Origin: Raillietiella orientalis
Lineage: Eukaryota
Length of the DNA: 64,000 nt
Assembly (NCBI GenBank): GCA_036172245.1
Contig: JAYWIR010000017.1
Span: 558,001-622,000 of the forward strand
Direction of reading: 5' to 3'
Each line of letters starts with the position of its first letter. Within the stretch, counting starts at the first letter, position 1. The translations under genes and the position numbers were made by a program. The notes below the pieces were generated by a model. The model was not told the origin of the DNA, did not search any database, and worked only from the letters and a program-made list of their open reading frames with translations. Positions 11,830 to 24,450 of the stretch are shown here, in pieces.

Positions 11830-12498
11830 ATGCTTCAAGAGGAACACATCAAAGTTACTAGAATGGGAAAAACAAGTTCCATAAAGAAGTTCTTCTGAAC
11901 TTAGAGATCCTTACTGTATGTCGAACTTACTTTCTGATATCATAGAAGGAAGAGAAGAGTGGGTCAAACTAGATAAAACTACTCAATTAGAGGTAATTGA
12001 GAAATTAATTAGAAATTTAGTTGATTCAAGGGCAAATCTTGATGCACATAATAGAGATGGACGTACCCATTTATATGTTGCAATTTAGAAAGGTAATGCT
12101 GAAGCTGCAAAGCTACTGATAAAGTATGGCGCAAATGTCAATGATAGTTACGAACGCAATCGTACACCACTGTACATTGCCATCGGTCGTAAACAATCAT
12201 CGGACATAATAGCGAGGTTGCTGATGAAAAATGGAGCAAGTGTTAACGCGAAAACCAGCAATCATGGTAAGATTGAACACCAATTCACCTGGCAATTTTT
12301 GCAAATAGCTACAAGAAAGCCTATACATTCTCTTGTAGCCTCTGTTACAGATGGAATTTCAAAGCCACACTTGCTTACCTGTACAACACCTGCACATGAT
12401 CATGCATTCAAGCCGTCTGATGCAAGTAATTTGGAATCAAGTGACGTCATAATGCTTTAAGAGGAACACATCAAAGTTACAAGAATGAGAAAAACAAG
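11830..12498 (+). repeat. 47-bp direct repeat pair (11830-11876 and 12452-12498) bracketing the ankyrin insert
   Basis: ATGCTTyAAGAGGAACACATCAAAGTTACwAGAATGrGAAAAACAAG; 3 mismatches between copies. Confidence 0.9.
11900..12308 (+). pseudogene. Wolbachia/prophage-WO-like ankyrin-repeat gene fragment (nuwt)
   Basis: GRTHLYVAI*KGNAEAAKLLIKYGANVND..RTPLYIAIGRKQ..LLMKNGASVNAKTSNHGK, then frameshifted TPIHLAIFAN. Internal stop; AT-rich. AIGRKQ..NAKTxNHGK is recalled from WO ankyrins, not searched. Confidence 0.8.
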
Positions 12499-12850
12499 AA
12501 GTGAGGCAAACAAGATGTGTGATTTCTACTCTCGTAAGATTCTCAGTTCCTCTCGATGCATCTTTTTCAATTCCACCTGACATTTAGTAGAGTGGAAATC
12601 CATGAATGGATGAAGACACCTCTGGAAACAGATTTACACTTTGGCTAGAGAGGTTTAGCGAGCTTCATAGAGAGATGACTTCGAGTTGCCAAGTGAGAAC
12701 ATTTGTGCTCGAAATTGCGATCGGATTATTAAATCATCATGAGCAAAGGCAAGATGCTGTTCTCGATGGCATGATCTTTTCGTGATGCCTTATAAGTTTT
12801 GTCGCAGCCGAGTGCGAAATGCTTCCTAAAAATTTCCTCAGGTGGGAAGA
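12330..12850 (+). mobile_element. Degenerate Gypsy integrase remnant
   Basis: L*EEHIKV..CDFYSRK..RHLWKQIYT resembles PWExVxxD..VDYYSR..RHGxPxxIxT. Confidence 0.45.
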
Positions 12851-12992
12851 CGGATTCCATTTGAATCTCTTAGTAAACGGACCCCGAAATTAACGAAAAT
12901 TCGTTTCCCGAACTGCAGGCGTAGGCAAAAAGCACTGATAGAATGCCTTTTTTATTTTTGCTATTTGAAAAACTGCCGAAAGCAATCGACGA

Positions 12993-13081
12993 GAGCATCA
13001 GATATTGATTAATGTAGAAAGTCTGATACTGTCATTACAGTATCGGACTTCCTACATTGATCATATGGATGAATGATGCTC
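12993..13081 (+). other. Long imperfect hairpin (~90 nt)
   Basis: GATTAATGTAGAAAGTCTGATACTGT-catt-ACAGTATCGGACTTCCTACATTGATC, plus outer GAGCATCA/TGATGCTC. Confidence 0.8.
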
Positions 13082-13184
13082 GGAATGCTGAATTCATTGC
13101 CTACAGATGAACAGCCAAATCTGCAAAACGACCTTCCGTTTGATTTTTAATCTGAAGCGAATTGCTGGCCAATGGGAAAAGTTT

Positions 13185-13500
13185 GTGGTTTTGGAATTCC
13201 ATTTTCACGAATCTTTCTGCAACTATCACCGCCCATGTACAAGAACAGCCCATTCGCAGAAGAACGGAACACCTTGGCGATGTTGATTCTCTCTGGTTAA
13301 TGACTCGGGATTCCACTTCAGAAGAGTCGAACTAAGTAGAATCATCAACAGTCCCTCTGAAATTCCATCCACGGTTTGGAAACGAGCTGCAAGTCTTTTT
13401 AAGTTCCGTATCTCCCTTCACCTCTGATTCTTTTCGCCTCCTTTTGAAGATGGTTCAGGGACCTGACAAGATCATAGCCAGTTGTCTTAAAGCTAAATTG
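13185..13500 (+). mobile_element. Degenerate integrase core remnant
   Basis: IPFSRIFLQ, then HPRFGNELQVFLSSVSPFTSDSFRLLLKM, resembling RFGxPxxIxSDxGxxFTSxxF. Confidence 0.55.
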
Positions 13501-13949
13501 AGAATCCCAAAACATTCAGACTGTATTTATGTAGTACGGGAGAAAATTTTCCTTCATACACAGCTTTCTCTTCTTTTAAAACCGATACTCCGGGTAATAA
13601 ATGGGCTCTTTTTGTAATGTTACAGTATTATGCTCAACGCTGACTTTAATAGCTGTTACATTATCAAGCAATCTGTATGGCAATCTTGAGTCAGAAAACT
13701 TCATCATGAACGATTACATCATGCATCATACTCTGCTTAGCTATAGAAACATGTAATCGTGCCTCCTAAGCTGAAGAAAAAAAAAGGTGTTGAAATAGTA
13801 CGGTGGAAATTTTTGCTGATAACTTTGAAGAACTTTCTGAGCTTTTCTCAAATACCACAACTGGAATGAGTGACAAAAGCGACAGAAAGTTTTACATCTC
13901 TTTCCAAAAGTCACTGTGATGATTAAAGGCATTTTTAAGCTCATTTTTT

Positions 13950-14695
13950 ACGTTTCCACGTTTTGCTGCTTTCATAGAAGGAAGTATCGAATACTGCATC
14001 TCCAAAATCAATGGAACCGATAAATTAGTCACTTGAACTTCAATCTCCAGCAATTATGTCCATCACCATGGAGTCACTTTTAAGGTGGTACAATGGAGAA
14101 TTTCTAAATTTCAATTTCTCTGAAATGTCGGAATAGCCTTGCAGCCATCTCGATCCCTGTTGCAAGTGCTTGTCAATGGACCCATGTGGCGTTCTGTCAG
14201 GTCAATTCCAATATTCGCTTCCTGAACCTGAGAACGATCATTATATTCGTGAAAGGTGTTGAGCAGCACGAACAGTCCTATGATTTAGACTTCAGAAATA
14301 CTTTTTGTTAATGTAGCCAACTGATTAAAATGATCATATCTCAACATCTTAGTTCTTTTTTCCCCTGCAGTTTTTTTCCCCCTTCCTCTACTTCATCCCT
14401 CTTTTCTTTTATGCTCACTGCACATGGGAGTATGCCTTGCGGTCTCACTTCCTGATGTACGCTTCCTCTGTGTTTCATTATTAGGATCTAAATTTGCTCT
14501 GTTTTATAACTAACTTTGATCTGCCCTCACAGTACCTACTTCTGTCTCCCACCTTTCTAATGATTCAGCTTCTTCGGTCCATGTTAATTTAGCAACACAG
14601 TCTTTGACTGTGTTTATCACTCCGACTCCAAGCTAGTTTTCACGACCAGTCAGTCAGCATATGTTATGATGGGGAACTTCCATTTTCAAGAAAGT
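13950..14695 (-). mobile_element. Degenerate integrase remnant(s): H2C2 at 14410-14695, core at 13950-14280
   Basis: LGVGVINTVKDCVAKLTW..LERW..ANLDP; LFVLLNTF; PHGSIDKHLQQGSRW..PLYHLKSDSMV. Confidence 0.55.
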
Positions 14696-14712
14696 TTCTG
14701 GCACGTTACTCG

Positions 14713-15259
14713 ATGGGCTACAGCAGCCGGAAGACGATTTCCCTTTGGGCAACCACTCCTCTCCCGAATGGTCTTTGGAGAGCAAATTTTTCAGTTTTCC
14801 ATCTAAGCAACCGGACATCGATCACTGTGACAAGTTTGCGCGAGATCGTCAAGTGGATTGGCAGCTTGGGAATTCGAGAGAAAAAAGAGGTGTTGGAACG
14901 GGGTAATGTGAACAGTATGTGTGGATGCAATCGATAATCGAATGTTCTTAACAGGAAAAACAAAAAAAAGAAAAGACCCGTTTGGCTTTTCCAAGTGCAT
15001 TGCTTCTTGTTGGAAGGATGCGAGTGAGCATGAGCCTCAGGGAAGAAAGTTCGTGATCGCTCAGGGTAAATGCTTGAGGAAAATCGAAGATTGCAGAAAG
15101 CACCTCGATCCTGTCACGTCGTACCGATTCCCAATTTGTTGTTCCCGAAAAGGACTTGTGGGGGCAATTTTTTCAAGAAAATCTGGTTGTCGTGGTGAGG
15201 GAACCGAGCCAGCGGCTCGGGAATTTCCTCAACCGCTGCTGCAGAGCTGCAGCGGTTGA
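14713..15259 (+). mobile_element. Degenerate Gypsy integrase core remnant
   Basis: PLPNGLWRANF..IVKWIG; AIDNRMFLT..PFGFSK..KFV..KCLRK..VTSYRFP. Confidence 0.55.
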
Positions 15260-16049
15260 GGAACTTCCGGGCTGCAAAGCATGGAGGAAAAAACCTATTC
15301 TCGAAGTTAATATAATCTTGGAAAACCTGTTCTTGGAATTTTGCAAGGCTCCATTTGCAGTGCTGACTCATTTAAAGTGGTTCGAGATTGTCGGCTAAAT
15401 TAATTGATGGAGATTTTTCTTACTCCAAAACTGCTTTAACAGAAGTAAGGAAGCAAACTTTTCATGGACAAAACCCCAAGTTACACTGAGTCGTCATCTG
15501 AAAGTCAAATGACGTGAACGAAAATAATCAGTGGGATAAATGGAACGCTTAAGAGATGGCAAGATTTCCAAATAACCGAGCTTCATATTAGTTTTGTGTT
15601 CAAGCATTTTGCACACTCCTTTATGCGGATCTTCTTTTTTAGGAATCTCATCTTTTTCTTGTTCTGAGTTGCTACGGCTTCACTTGCCCATACAATCTTG
15701 TGAAGGCAGCATCCGTACCGGCATGAAAGAGAACTTCCATGAAGCGAAAGGAACACTGAAAGTTTCAGCCACGGTGGGATCAGAAAAAATCGAATCACGG
15801 GAGTTTGTCAAACACTAAAAGGAAGCTTAGACTTTTTTCTTCTTATGCACATGTGAAGAAACAAACACTGTGTTGAGCAGCTGTTTCCTAACTCTACTTG
15901 CTTATTGCTTACCATTTGTGCTGTTTGTTTGCTTCAGATCAAATGACTTGGTAGCTTTGCGGAAATCTAATCCTAAATTGCTCAAAAGTTGAGAAGCATA
16001 AATGGGTAACGCGTAAGATCAAATTTTTAGGCACACTGCCTCTGGGTCA

Positions 16050-16610
16050 CATATCCACATTTCCAAAGGAGGAGAAGCATTCTGCAGGAAGCAAAGCATC
16101 TTGCAGAGAAATGGCGTCCCGGCTACATCAACAGAGCAAACGGAGGCACCGCCGACTCCAAGTTTTCGGTTTCTCGGTGAGGAAAATTCATAAATCTCTG
16201 CTGACTAATTCACGTGAAAGTCTCAGACGACCTGCTAGATATTAGCCTCTCAGTCCTTGAATATGGTTTAAAGAAATGACGCCTCTGGCACGAAGGATCA
16301 CTTCCAGATACTTCAGAGATACGACACAGTTTCATGGTAGGAGGAAAGCGTTCTCTTATAGGGGAATACGTTGCCTGCAGAGCAAGCTGCAGATGCGCTC
16401 ATCCGTCTCCATCAGGGCACTCGGAACGCATCGACGAGAGAATTTCGGGCACCACTTTTGTGGCGACATCATCTGTTACGCAATATTGCCAAAACAGCCT
16501 CACCAAGCAGAAACATGTGTACCGATCGACGCGATGGAGATCAGTGGATTGGAAAATTTCCTCTTCGAAGGATCACGGCGGGGGAAACGAGACATTAAAG
16601 GTTCGATGTA
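16050..16610 (+). mobile_element. Copia-type integrase (+SH3-like region) remnant
   Basis: SKGGEAF..LQRNGV..ST; HKSLLTNSRESL..IW..FHGRRK..C..ALG..CYAI; colinear with Copia DNGGEY..GI..NRTL..FW..GK. Confidence 0.45.
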
Positions 16611-16942
16611 AGCTCTTGTGCAACTAGACAAGGATTTGCGAACGCACGGATGGCTTTCTCGATAGAAGATGATTAACACGTATATCTGCATTTGGAAACG
16701 GATGACTCCCTATTGACCTTTAATAAAACTTGCTTCTGCAGTCAGTGCTTCTTTCGGAAATCTTCTCGTATGATGGATAGGTAATCCCTCAGTGATTATG
16801 CAAAATCCTAAAGGTTCTCAAAACGATGCGAGGTCTATCTAAACGAACGTTCGTGATTAATCATTACACAAGAAGAATTTTCGATAAAATTCTCCTTTCT
16901 CATGAACATTTCTTTTCAATGATATAACAATCATTGTTTCCG

Positions 16943-17257
16943 TTAAGAGAAACACATCTTTTCTCGGTTCTTTGTTTCATTACTGAAGACTAATTCAGTC
17001 TCCTTCGGCAGCTTTTTCTGCATTGAAAATCTCAAAATTAGCTTCAAATCTCTGTGGTATCCGACTGTTTGATAAGATAAGGAGCGAGTCCGGGAGAAGA
17101 GCGAGTGAAATTGAGATGACCTAAACCCTGAGGGAATCTGTTCCGTCCTCGTGATTCTGATCCTCTCTAGGGTAACGAAGATCAACTGGATTATGGCCGG
17201 CCGCAGAATTTGGGATATGTGGTGAGCGACACGAAGGACTCTGAAGGAAGCACCCAA
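16943..17257 (-). mobile_element. Degenerate integrase core remnant
   Basis: TEQIPSGFRSSQFHSLF..YQTVGYH aligns in register with SDQGxxFTSxxFxxL..TTAYH. Confidence 0.6.
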
Positions 17258-17286
17258 ATCCCGTTTCGCGGAGTGAAGGAGTAGGA

Positions 17287-17600
17287 ATGATCAGTTTCTT
17301 GATTGATTGTAACTCAGGAAGGGCAGGAAAAATTCACCAGAAATTTCAGCTATTTATCGCTCATCGTTTCATTCATCTATTCGGTTTTGTCATCCAAATT
17401 CGAATAGACTTTGCAACACGGCTCCCGTCAACTTATCAAGCAGTCGCATGCTCTCGTAAACACAAAACAACAAGTAGAGGTACTAGAAATTTCAGACACC
17501 CATAACAGCATCTTGCGATTTCTCATCAGCTTTCTGTATTTTCCGGAACTCGAGCAGAGTGTGTTCTACTTAACGGGACAGAGCAGATGGCATTAAGAAT
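17287..17600 (+). mobile_element. Degenerate integrase core remnant (divergently oriented to the previous one)
   Basis: RFIHLFGFVIQIRIDFATRLPS..C..TRNFRHP. Confidence 0.6.
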
Positions 17601-18251
17601 GATTCAAGTTACAGCTTTTTGGATGTAAAGGAGATGAAACATCCCTATATGAGTGATCGTGTATTTGTGTGTGTGTTTTGGTCTCCTCTCCTGATCAAAA
17701 ATGACAAAGGAGAACCATTTCTACGTGGTGGACATAAGTGATGCAACGATGGCAACGATCTCTGAAACATAACTCTGAAACAAGGTGTAAACCTTGAAGC
17801 GAATGCATCCTAAAGGACAAAAGATGATCAGCTAAGTAAGCATCTTTTATTTCTCCGCAGTTTTCAGGATATAATGAAGAGCACGATATAAACAACATGT
17901 GCTGCGAGCATAAACAAACTTTCAGCTACCTTTAATTTAAGATCACTGATTATTAGTTTGGAGGATACTACACGAATGAATCAGTGGTCAAACACATAGG
18001 CATGGAAATGAAAAACAGTTTCGTTCCCGAATAACATTCTTATTTTTAGCACTCTGAAGTCGGTTCTTGGGAAAGATGAGTCCTTGATTTGCAACAGTTT
18101 AAAAAAGGATTCACTGATATTAAAAACTCTGGAATCATCTTGCTGGTGAAGGAAAAGATACGCCTTGAGAAGGAAAAGGGAATTTATCTTTGGGATAACG
18201 AATGACAACTTTCGATGAGATCGAAATCTCTCGCTGGAAAAAAATCAAACT

Positions 18252-18605
18252 TCAAAACGAAGAAGCCAACATATTGCAGCAGATAGATCGAATTGCATCG
18301 TGAGTTGTTTTGAGGACCTGCTTGAGCACAGTGGGTTCTAAGTATTCTCGTACCGCGATCTCCGCAAGGATGTCTAACAACACATCCGATGGAGCACATC
18401 GGAATAGGCACCCATCAATGTAATCGTCACACACAAAAAAAGGAGCGATAAGGCCTCCTACAACGAAAACTGATTCAGGACAGGAAGATAATTGGTGTAT
18501 TTCGCATGGCTTGATCATTCTGGAAAACATCACTTCCAAGGTGGACCAAAGGCCACTACAAGCAGAATCGGTACTCCTGTTATCTGAGAACACAAATGCA
18601 TTCAA
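18252..18605 (-). mobile_element. Degenerate integrase core remnant
   Basis: STDSA..LEVMFSRMIKPCEIH resembles SxTS..LxxxFSRFGxPxEIxSD. Confidence 0.45.
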
Positions 18606-19099
18606 AGCTTCCAGGTACAGTTTGGCTTACAAGATAAATAATTGAAATTTCCCGAAATGTTGAAACAACCCGGAATGTTTCAAGATTGTTATCTCGTGAT
18701 AAATTATTAGCTGATTATTCTGTGCATAAGAGGATCTAGTCTTGATATACTTCGACTGGGTTTTATGTCAAGTTTGCACTATGAACTTCGTTCTAAACTT
18801 CTAAAGATGCAAGCTGGTATTCTCTCTTCTGGAATCGAAGCAGCCGATATAGAATCTCTTTAGAAATTCAAGAGGGAGAGAAGCTTCCAAACATTCCATC
18901 ACAAAATTGCCCTCTCATTTTTTGCTCTGCTTCCTAGTACGGATACTTCCTATTCAGAAAACCCACAGGCCTCTTCCTTGTTCAGGACAAAGGGTGCCCA
19001 CAGATTGGAAGGATCTCCCCGATGGACAAGTTCGCCTGAAAAAGAATTTGTGTGAAAATGATGGATGAAAAAGAATTTGTGTTCAGAGAAACTCTCCGA

Positions 19100-19660
19100 C
19101 GAAAGCTCATATGTCCAAACCAGTTGTTTCAGTGAAATCTTCAGCATGGGTTGCTCTTGATAGGCAATATGTACATCTATATAACGCAAGCATGCACTGC
19201 ACCCAGATTTTCGTAGGAGTCAGCATCAAACATTCAATCGTCTTGTTTCCATTTCAAAACAGCAGGTAAGATTTTGTGCCCTCTTGCACACGTTTGTCGT
19301 GTAACAAGGTCTTCTACTAGAATTCGAATTCAACCACCGCCAGATGAAGAATTGGTACTTGCAAATATTAGGAGTGCCTTCCACATCTTGCTTGGGATCC
19401 TCATCTATGCAGAGATTTCTCCTAAATCGCCATATCTGGTCCAAATTTCCCTTTCCTAAGTAACCATTCATCATTGCATAGGCAAATCATTTCTAATTCA
19501 ATCCAGCGGTGACAATGAATCTTTCCTACCGAGATGATACCTTCAACCAACTTGCCACTATGTGAAAGTCGACATCAAATAGAACCTTTGAAAAATTAGC
19601 AACATTTGGTTTCACTTCAGTCAATCGCCCAGGACATAGTCCTCCATTTACGGATAATTT
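19100..19660 (-). mobile_element. Degenerate Tf2-like integrase remnant
   Basis: GEISA*MRIPSKMWKALLIFASTNSSSGGG*IRILVEDLVTRQ resembles GxLxPxxIPxxPWxxIxMDF..LPxSxG..ILVVVDxxTK. Confidence 0.55.
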
Positions 19661-20315
19661 TCAATTGCTTTTCCCCTCCCTCGCCTAGTCCTTGTTTCTG
19701 AGATATCACTACTGAATTGTACTATTTCAAATACTCCAGTACTTTCACATCTTCGTACTTGGAATTCAATTTATTAGTTTACTTCAACATCAGGTTTTCA
19801 GCAGCTTTTGTTTTCCTTTCTTAAACTAAGCGAGCAAAGGCCATTTCGGTACTTTGTTTAAGATATGCTGTATGATAATCTTTTCAGAGGTCGCTGGAAT
19901 TTCCGGAGCCTTCGAAACCCTTCACAAAATCACGGTGAATGGCTATCGGCCATTCGCTGTATGAGGTCCCGTAAACCTCCTTACAAAATTAGAGCGGAAG
20001 AAATAACTTTAATGTTGATTATCTTAGGAGACTATTGATTTCAGATTCGTGATTTGAAATGAATATGCATTCTGCAACCTTTATTCGTTCGTTTCTATGG
20101 AATTCTTTGCTATTCTTCTGTCTCTCTGAATTAATAAGCTTGGATTCACTGTTTTTTTGGAAATCACACTCGAAAAATTGGATGGGGCATTTGGAGGGGA
20201 AGGAGTTGAAGGCAGTTCATTTGTTAGATGCAGTGTGCAACGAGAACGATACAAAGAGAAGAGAAAAAAACCAGACAGACGTGATAAAGACAGTTAAAAA
20301 AAAAGGATTTTTTTC

Positions 20316-20317
<2 letters not shown>

Positions 20318-20359
<42 letters not shown>
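20318..20359 (+). repeat. Uninterrupted poly(A), 42 nt
   Basis: Direct read. Confidence 0.95.
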
Positions 20360-20360
<1 letters not shown>

Positions 20361-20449
20361 CGTTAATGAAAACATTTCCTAGGCACAATTTTTATCTCGT
20401 CAATTGGGAGGAGCAAGGAAACTGTGTGAAGAGTACATGTACAGACATG

Positions 20450-21100
20450 CCGTAAATGCTTCTCATCCTTTTCTTTGGTTCGTAGGAAAGATTTTTCATC
20501 AAGAGCCTCTTGCACTATCCACCTGGAAGCATCTCACTGTCCACCAGTTGGTCTCACAAATTTATCCCACCCGAAATCTTCGCCGTGCTCGAGGATTTGA
20601 TAATTTGGTCATTCGACAACTCGAGGATTCGATTGATCCATTTTTCCTGCTTCAGGAGCAGCATCTACACCAAATGCGTCCACTTTTTTTCCTGCATACA
20701 CAACTTTGATGGATCGTATTTGCTCATTGCTTCGTCATGCTCATGGATTCAGCTGCCGTTTGAGGCACGCTGCTCACAGCTAGAGGCGTAACGTAAGTCC
20801 AGCTGATCGATGATGAGCAAAACGCAATCTTTCTCATCGTAACGCATTCTAAAAGAACAAAAATCGCGTTACGATCCTCAATGCTTACAAGGATTCGGTC
20901 TCTCATCCATCGTGGCTTCAACTATTCTATAAAAAATAAGTGACTTTTTGCACGCCATGGTATTCTATCCATCGTTTTAGAGGAAGCAAAAACGAAACCG
21001 AAGCGATACCGAAACTTCTTTTGAGATTATCCAAACTAACTCAAGGAACCTTTGAGGAAGTTGAAGGCAAAGGGCATTTCCAGTTGAATTCAAGCTGTCA
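20450..21100 (-). mobile_element. Degenerate integrase remnant
   Basis: DNLKRSF..KRWIEYHGVQK; KPRWMRDRILV..SWTYVTPL..QTA; YDPSKL. Confidence 0.45.
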
Positions 21101-21439
21101 CAGCTGACAAATTCCATGGACCTCTGTGCCGTGAGGGTGACTGCTTCATATCGAAAGTAATGGCAATGTGCACCGGTGTAGAAGCAGAACTCTTGTTAGA
21201 ACATGAATTGATCGATTTCCATTTCCTTGGAAAATTGTCACAGGAAAAGCACTCTCTCTTTTCTTCAACTTTTTTGAATCACCACAGTATTCTTTAATGC
21301 TCTTTCAGTCGAAGGAATAGCAGTACCCAGATGAGGAATTGATCTCGCTTATAATATCTCCAAGAGTCAGTAGTTCGAGAAACGGAAAATGTGATCCCAG
21401 TTTGTGATTTTACGTTGTGCATAAAAAAAAATCCAAGAA

Positions 21440-21830
21440 TTATTCAATGAAAGCACTCATACCGACTTTTGAGGTTATGGGCAAAGTTTCAGTATGACCA
21501 TTCATTTGGAAACAATTTTCGAAGTCCATGATACCTTTATTTGGTTCTCCAAGGACCATCCCCGAAGTCGCGAGCACCTTTCCAGAATGCTCCTTTTTCT
21601 TTTCTTTTCCCACTTTCGTGCCAATTTCAAGGTTCAAAGAAGCCTTTGGCTACGTGGCAAAATCAGGTCTTCTCGTGCCCTTTCCCTTATACTGTGGGCA
21701 CCATTCGCTATGATCGAGAATCCGAGCTTCTCGGAAGTTTCATCAGCACACTCACTTCACACCTTCAGCCTTGCCACAGTCCCAAGTTCTGGCTATCTTT
21801 ACGAGCTTCAGATGACAAGCGTTTATGAAC
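21440..21830 (-). mobile_element. Degenerate integrase core remnant
   Basis: VFINACHLKLV..NFREARILDHSEWCPQYKG resembles FGxPxIIHSDxGPQY. Confidence 0.5.
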
Positions 21831-22149
21831 ACAAAAATTATTTTTTTCTTAAAAAAATAATTTTTGCGCTTCCATTCGTTTAATAATAACAGAAAGAGCA
21901 AGAGATATCTTAGTGAAAAACGAATGAAGCCCTGCTGAATCTCTTAGACGGAAATTTTGTCGGTGTTCTCGAAAGTGATCGAGGAATTCTTCACTGGTCC
22001 CTTTTCCCTCCTGCTTTATCACTGCTAATTCGTGATAATGCCCCTAATTAGAAAGAGGAAGTATATAGCACGAAAGCGAGTTCTGCAGAACTTCTGTGGG
22101 GTTTGCATAGATTTACGACTGGGTCAGCCCAGTTCCATTTGTTATCATC

Positions 22150-22650
22150 TCTTTTTAACTTGCATTTGCTTTTAGATATTATTGGTCTGCACTTTTTAAG
22201 AGAGGACACTGCGAAAGTTCTGATTTCTGGTGAAGAAAAGTTGAAATTAGGCGTCAAGTTCAGAGGTGCCAAGAAGGTTTCTATCTTTTCAGAAGCCCTC
22301 TAGAGAAGAAATGCATACTCGCTGAGATTTGCTAGAAGGAGAAGGCCTAAAAATATGCTTGAATTCAAAAGGAGGGGATAGCTGAATAGGCTACTGAAAG
22401 AAAGGGATGCGAAGTGAGGTTATGAAAGTTCAACTGGAATGAAAATTTATTCTTGGATGAATGCGTTCATAATGATAATCTGAAAGTGAAACAAAAGGAA
22501 GATGAATCGAAATTGTTTTAAGGATACGTCAAAGAGAAAATCAATAACGAAGTCATTCTCTACTTCACAAAGAGTCCGTTGGATGTCTTGCTGAGTGGTC
22601 CAGATTCAACAGAAAAGACAAATCATGTCTATCTGCCAAGAAGTTCCGTT
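22150..22650 (+). mobile_element. Degenerate integrase remnant
   Basis: FRYYWSALFK..SSDFW*RK (H2C2-like); SPLEK; ESKLF. Confidence 0.4.
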
Positions 22651-23601
22651 CCACTGGTGATTCCGAACCAGGGAACGAGCGCTGCTAAAAAAGTGGGGAA
22701 AACACGAAGGGTGGCTGCATAGAAAAGCAAGTGTTTTGGTGGAATGCTCGAAAATTTCTAAAGGGACGCTAAAGAATGTGCATCTTAAGTAAGTCAGCGC
22801 AGGTGGTCACGTGGTGAAAGATTCGTTTGAGGGAATGAAGAGGATGGTAGGCACACCTATGATGGATCTTCTTGTTAGATTATTTTCCAGCCAAATATGT
22901 TCCCGAAATCAGACCGTGAGGAACTCTTAAAGAAAGGACATTTCATAAGAGGTTCAAGAGGTGCCTATTGACCAGCAGTTTTCGCGGTTCTCAGGATCGA
23001 AACTTTCTCTTGGGAAAAACATAGGATCGTCAAATGAAGATCGAGGAAGGAAGAGAGCAGATTACTCAAACTTTGCTTAATACGGTCCATATGTTTAGGA
23101 GCAGATCCTAGCTTGTCTCTTGAAAAAAGGAAAAATCGTAATTAAATAAAAACCCTAAATTGAAAAGAGAAATGAATGTTGCCATCCCCGTCAAAACGCA
23201 CAGTTCTTTCGTTTTCCGCTCGTTGTTGCATTATGAAGTGCGAACAAAAAATAGAAGAGCCAGCGCACGAAACAGTGAAAAAGAAGTCTCAGCACAAGCC
23301 TTCTAGTTTTGAATCTTCAAGATGCAGCCTCCGTACTAGGCTTGGTTGTAAGCACTATTAAAGGCTTTGTGTTTAGCGGAAGAGAAGAGAAAAAAACTTG
23401 TGTTTTTTATTACTGAATCCAAATCAATGATCAGATCAATCGAATAGGGTGTCCTGAAGCTGGGGAAGGAGAGATCATAAGGATCCATTCTTTGAGCCCC
23501 TCAGTATAGTTATTAGTTTGCTCATCTCCTCGTAAATAAACTATGATCTGACAAAAGAAAGAATTCAGCAGTCTTTCATTCGAAACTCTTGAAAATAAAT
23601 A

Positions 23602-24450
23602 ATGAAAAGTGCTTACTTGGGATCCATTGCATTTGACCTCATGTCACGTTCTGAGAAAGTAGTGCAGTGGCACAGATTTGAAATCCAGAAAATTGAATTA
23701 GATGAAGTGATCGTTCGCATAAAGCTTCCCTGGCCCACTGCATATCACATTTTATCCCCGATCGTGGGACTTCGCTTTTGTTTATATCAGCAGTCTAACT
23801 CGAAGCATGGTTATCAACGAATTGTAATAGTTTTTCTACCTCTTGCAGAAAATAACTAGCATTACTGGGACCGATTAATGGGCATATTTCGAACTGCCAC
23901 CATCTCTCACACTCAATACACCTAGTCAAAAGAGGGAATCTGTTCTTCGTTTCACGTTAAATGCTTCAACCATTCCAGAATTCACTTCCGCTTTCAACTC
24001 GCCAAGCCTAGGGTGAGTTGCAACTACTTAATGCGGTTTCCCCAATTAGCCTCGAACCCAGTACATTCTGCCTTATTTTGATTATTTGCTTTCGTCGATC
24101 ATGTTTTGTGTACATCTGCCTAGTTGCATCTCTTAAACAAAGTCGTTCCATAGCGTTTCTATGGACTGCTTCTTTCCATCAACTAAGGAAGTAACACAAA
24201 GGTGTGGAAAACAAGATGGTTTCGACTTTTGCCTTAGGGTGCTTTTTGGAAAACAAATTGGAATGGTTTCTGCTCAAAGCACCACCAATGCAAATGGCAA
24301 CTGCGAGAGCGCTTCTATCCCAGGACAGTGCGTCACTTTGACAGGGATTTTAAATGAAGCACCACAAACCGGAGTCATCAGTCATTTTTGGGAATGTGCA
24401 CCCTTGTTTTCTTCTTCTTTAGGGAAGTACTGTTTGGTTGAGGATTTTTT
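23602..24450 (+). mobile_element. Integrase remnants: GPY/F-like tail (~23650-23780) and a separate core (~24000-24450)
   Basis: RFEIQKI..VRIKLP..YHI; RVSCNY..QYILPYFDY; KQDGFDF..G..NANGNCE..FW. Confidence 0.5.

Noticed and set aside
11830..12498. Repeat-spacer-repeat acquisition unit
   Set aside because: Only two copies of the 47-mer; no shared repeat was found at other fragment junctions.
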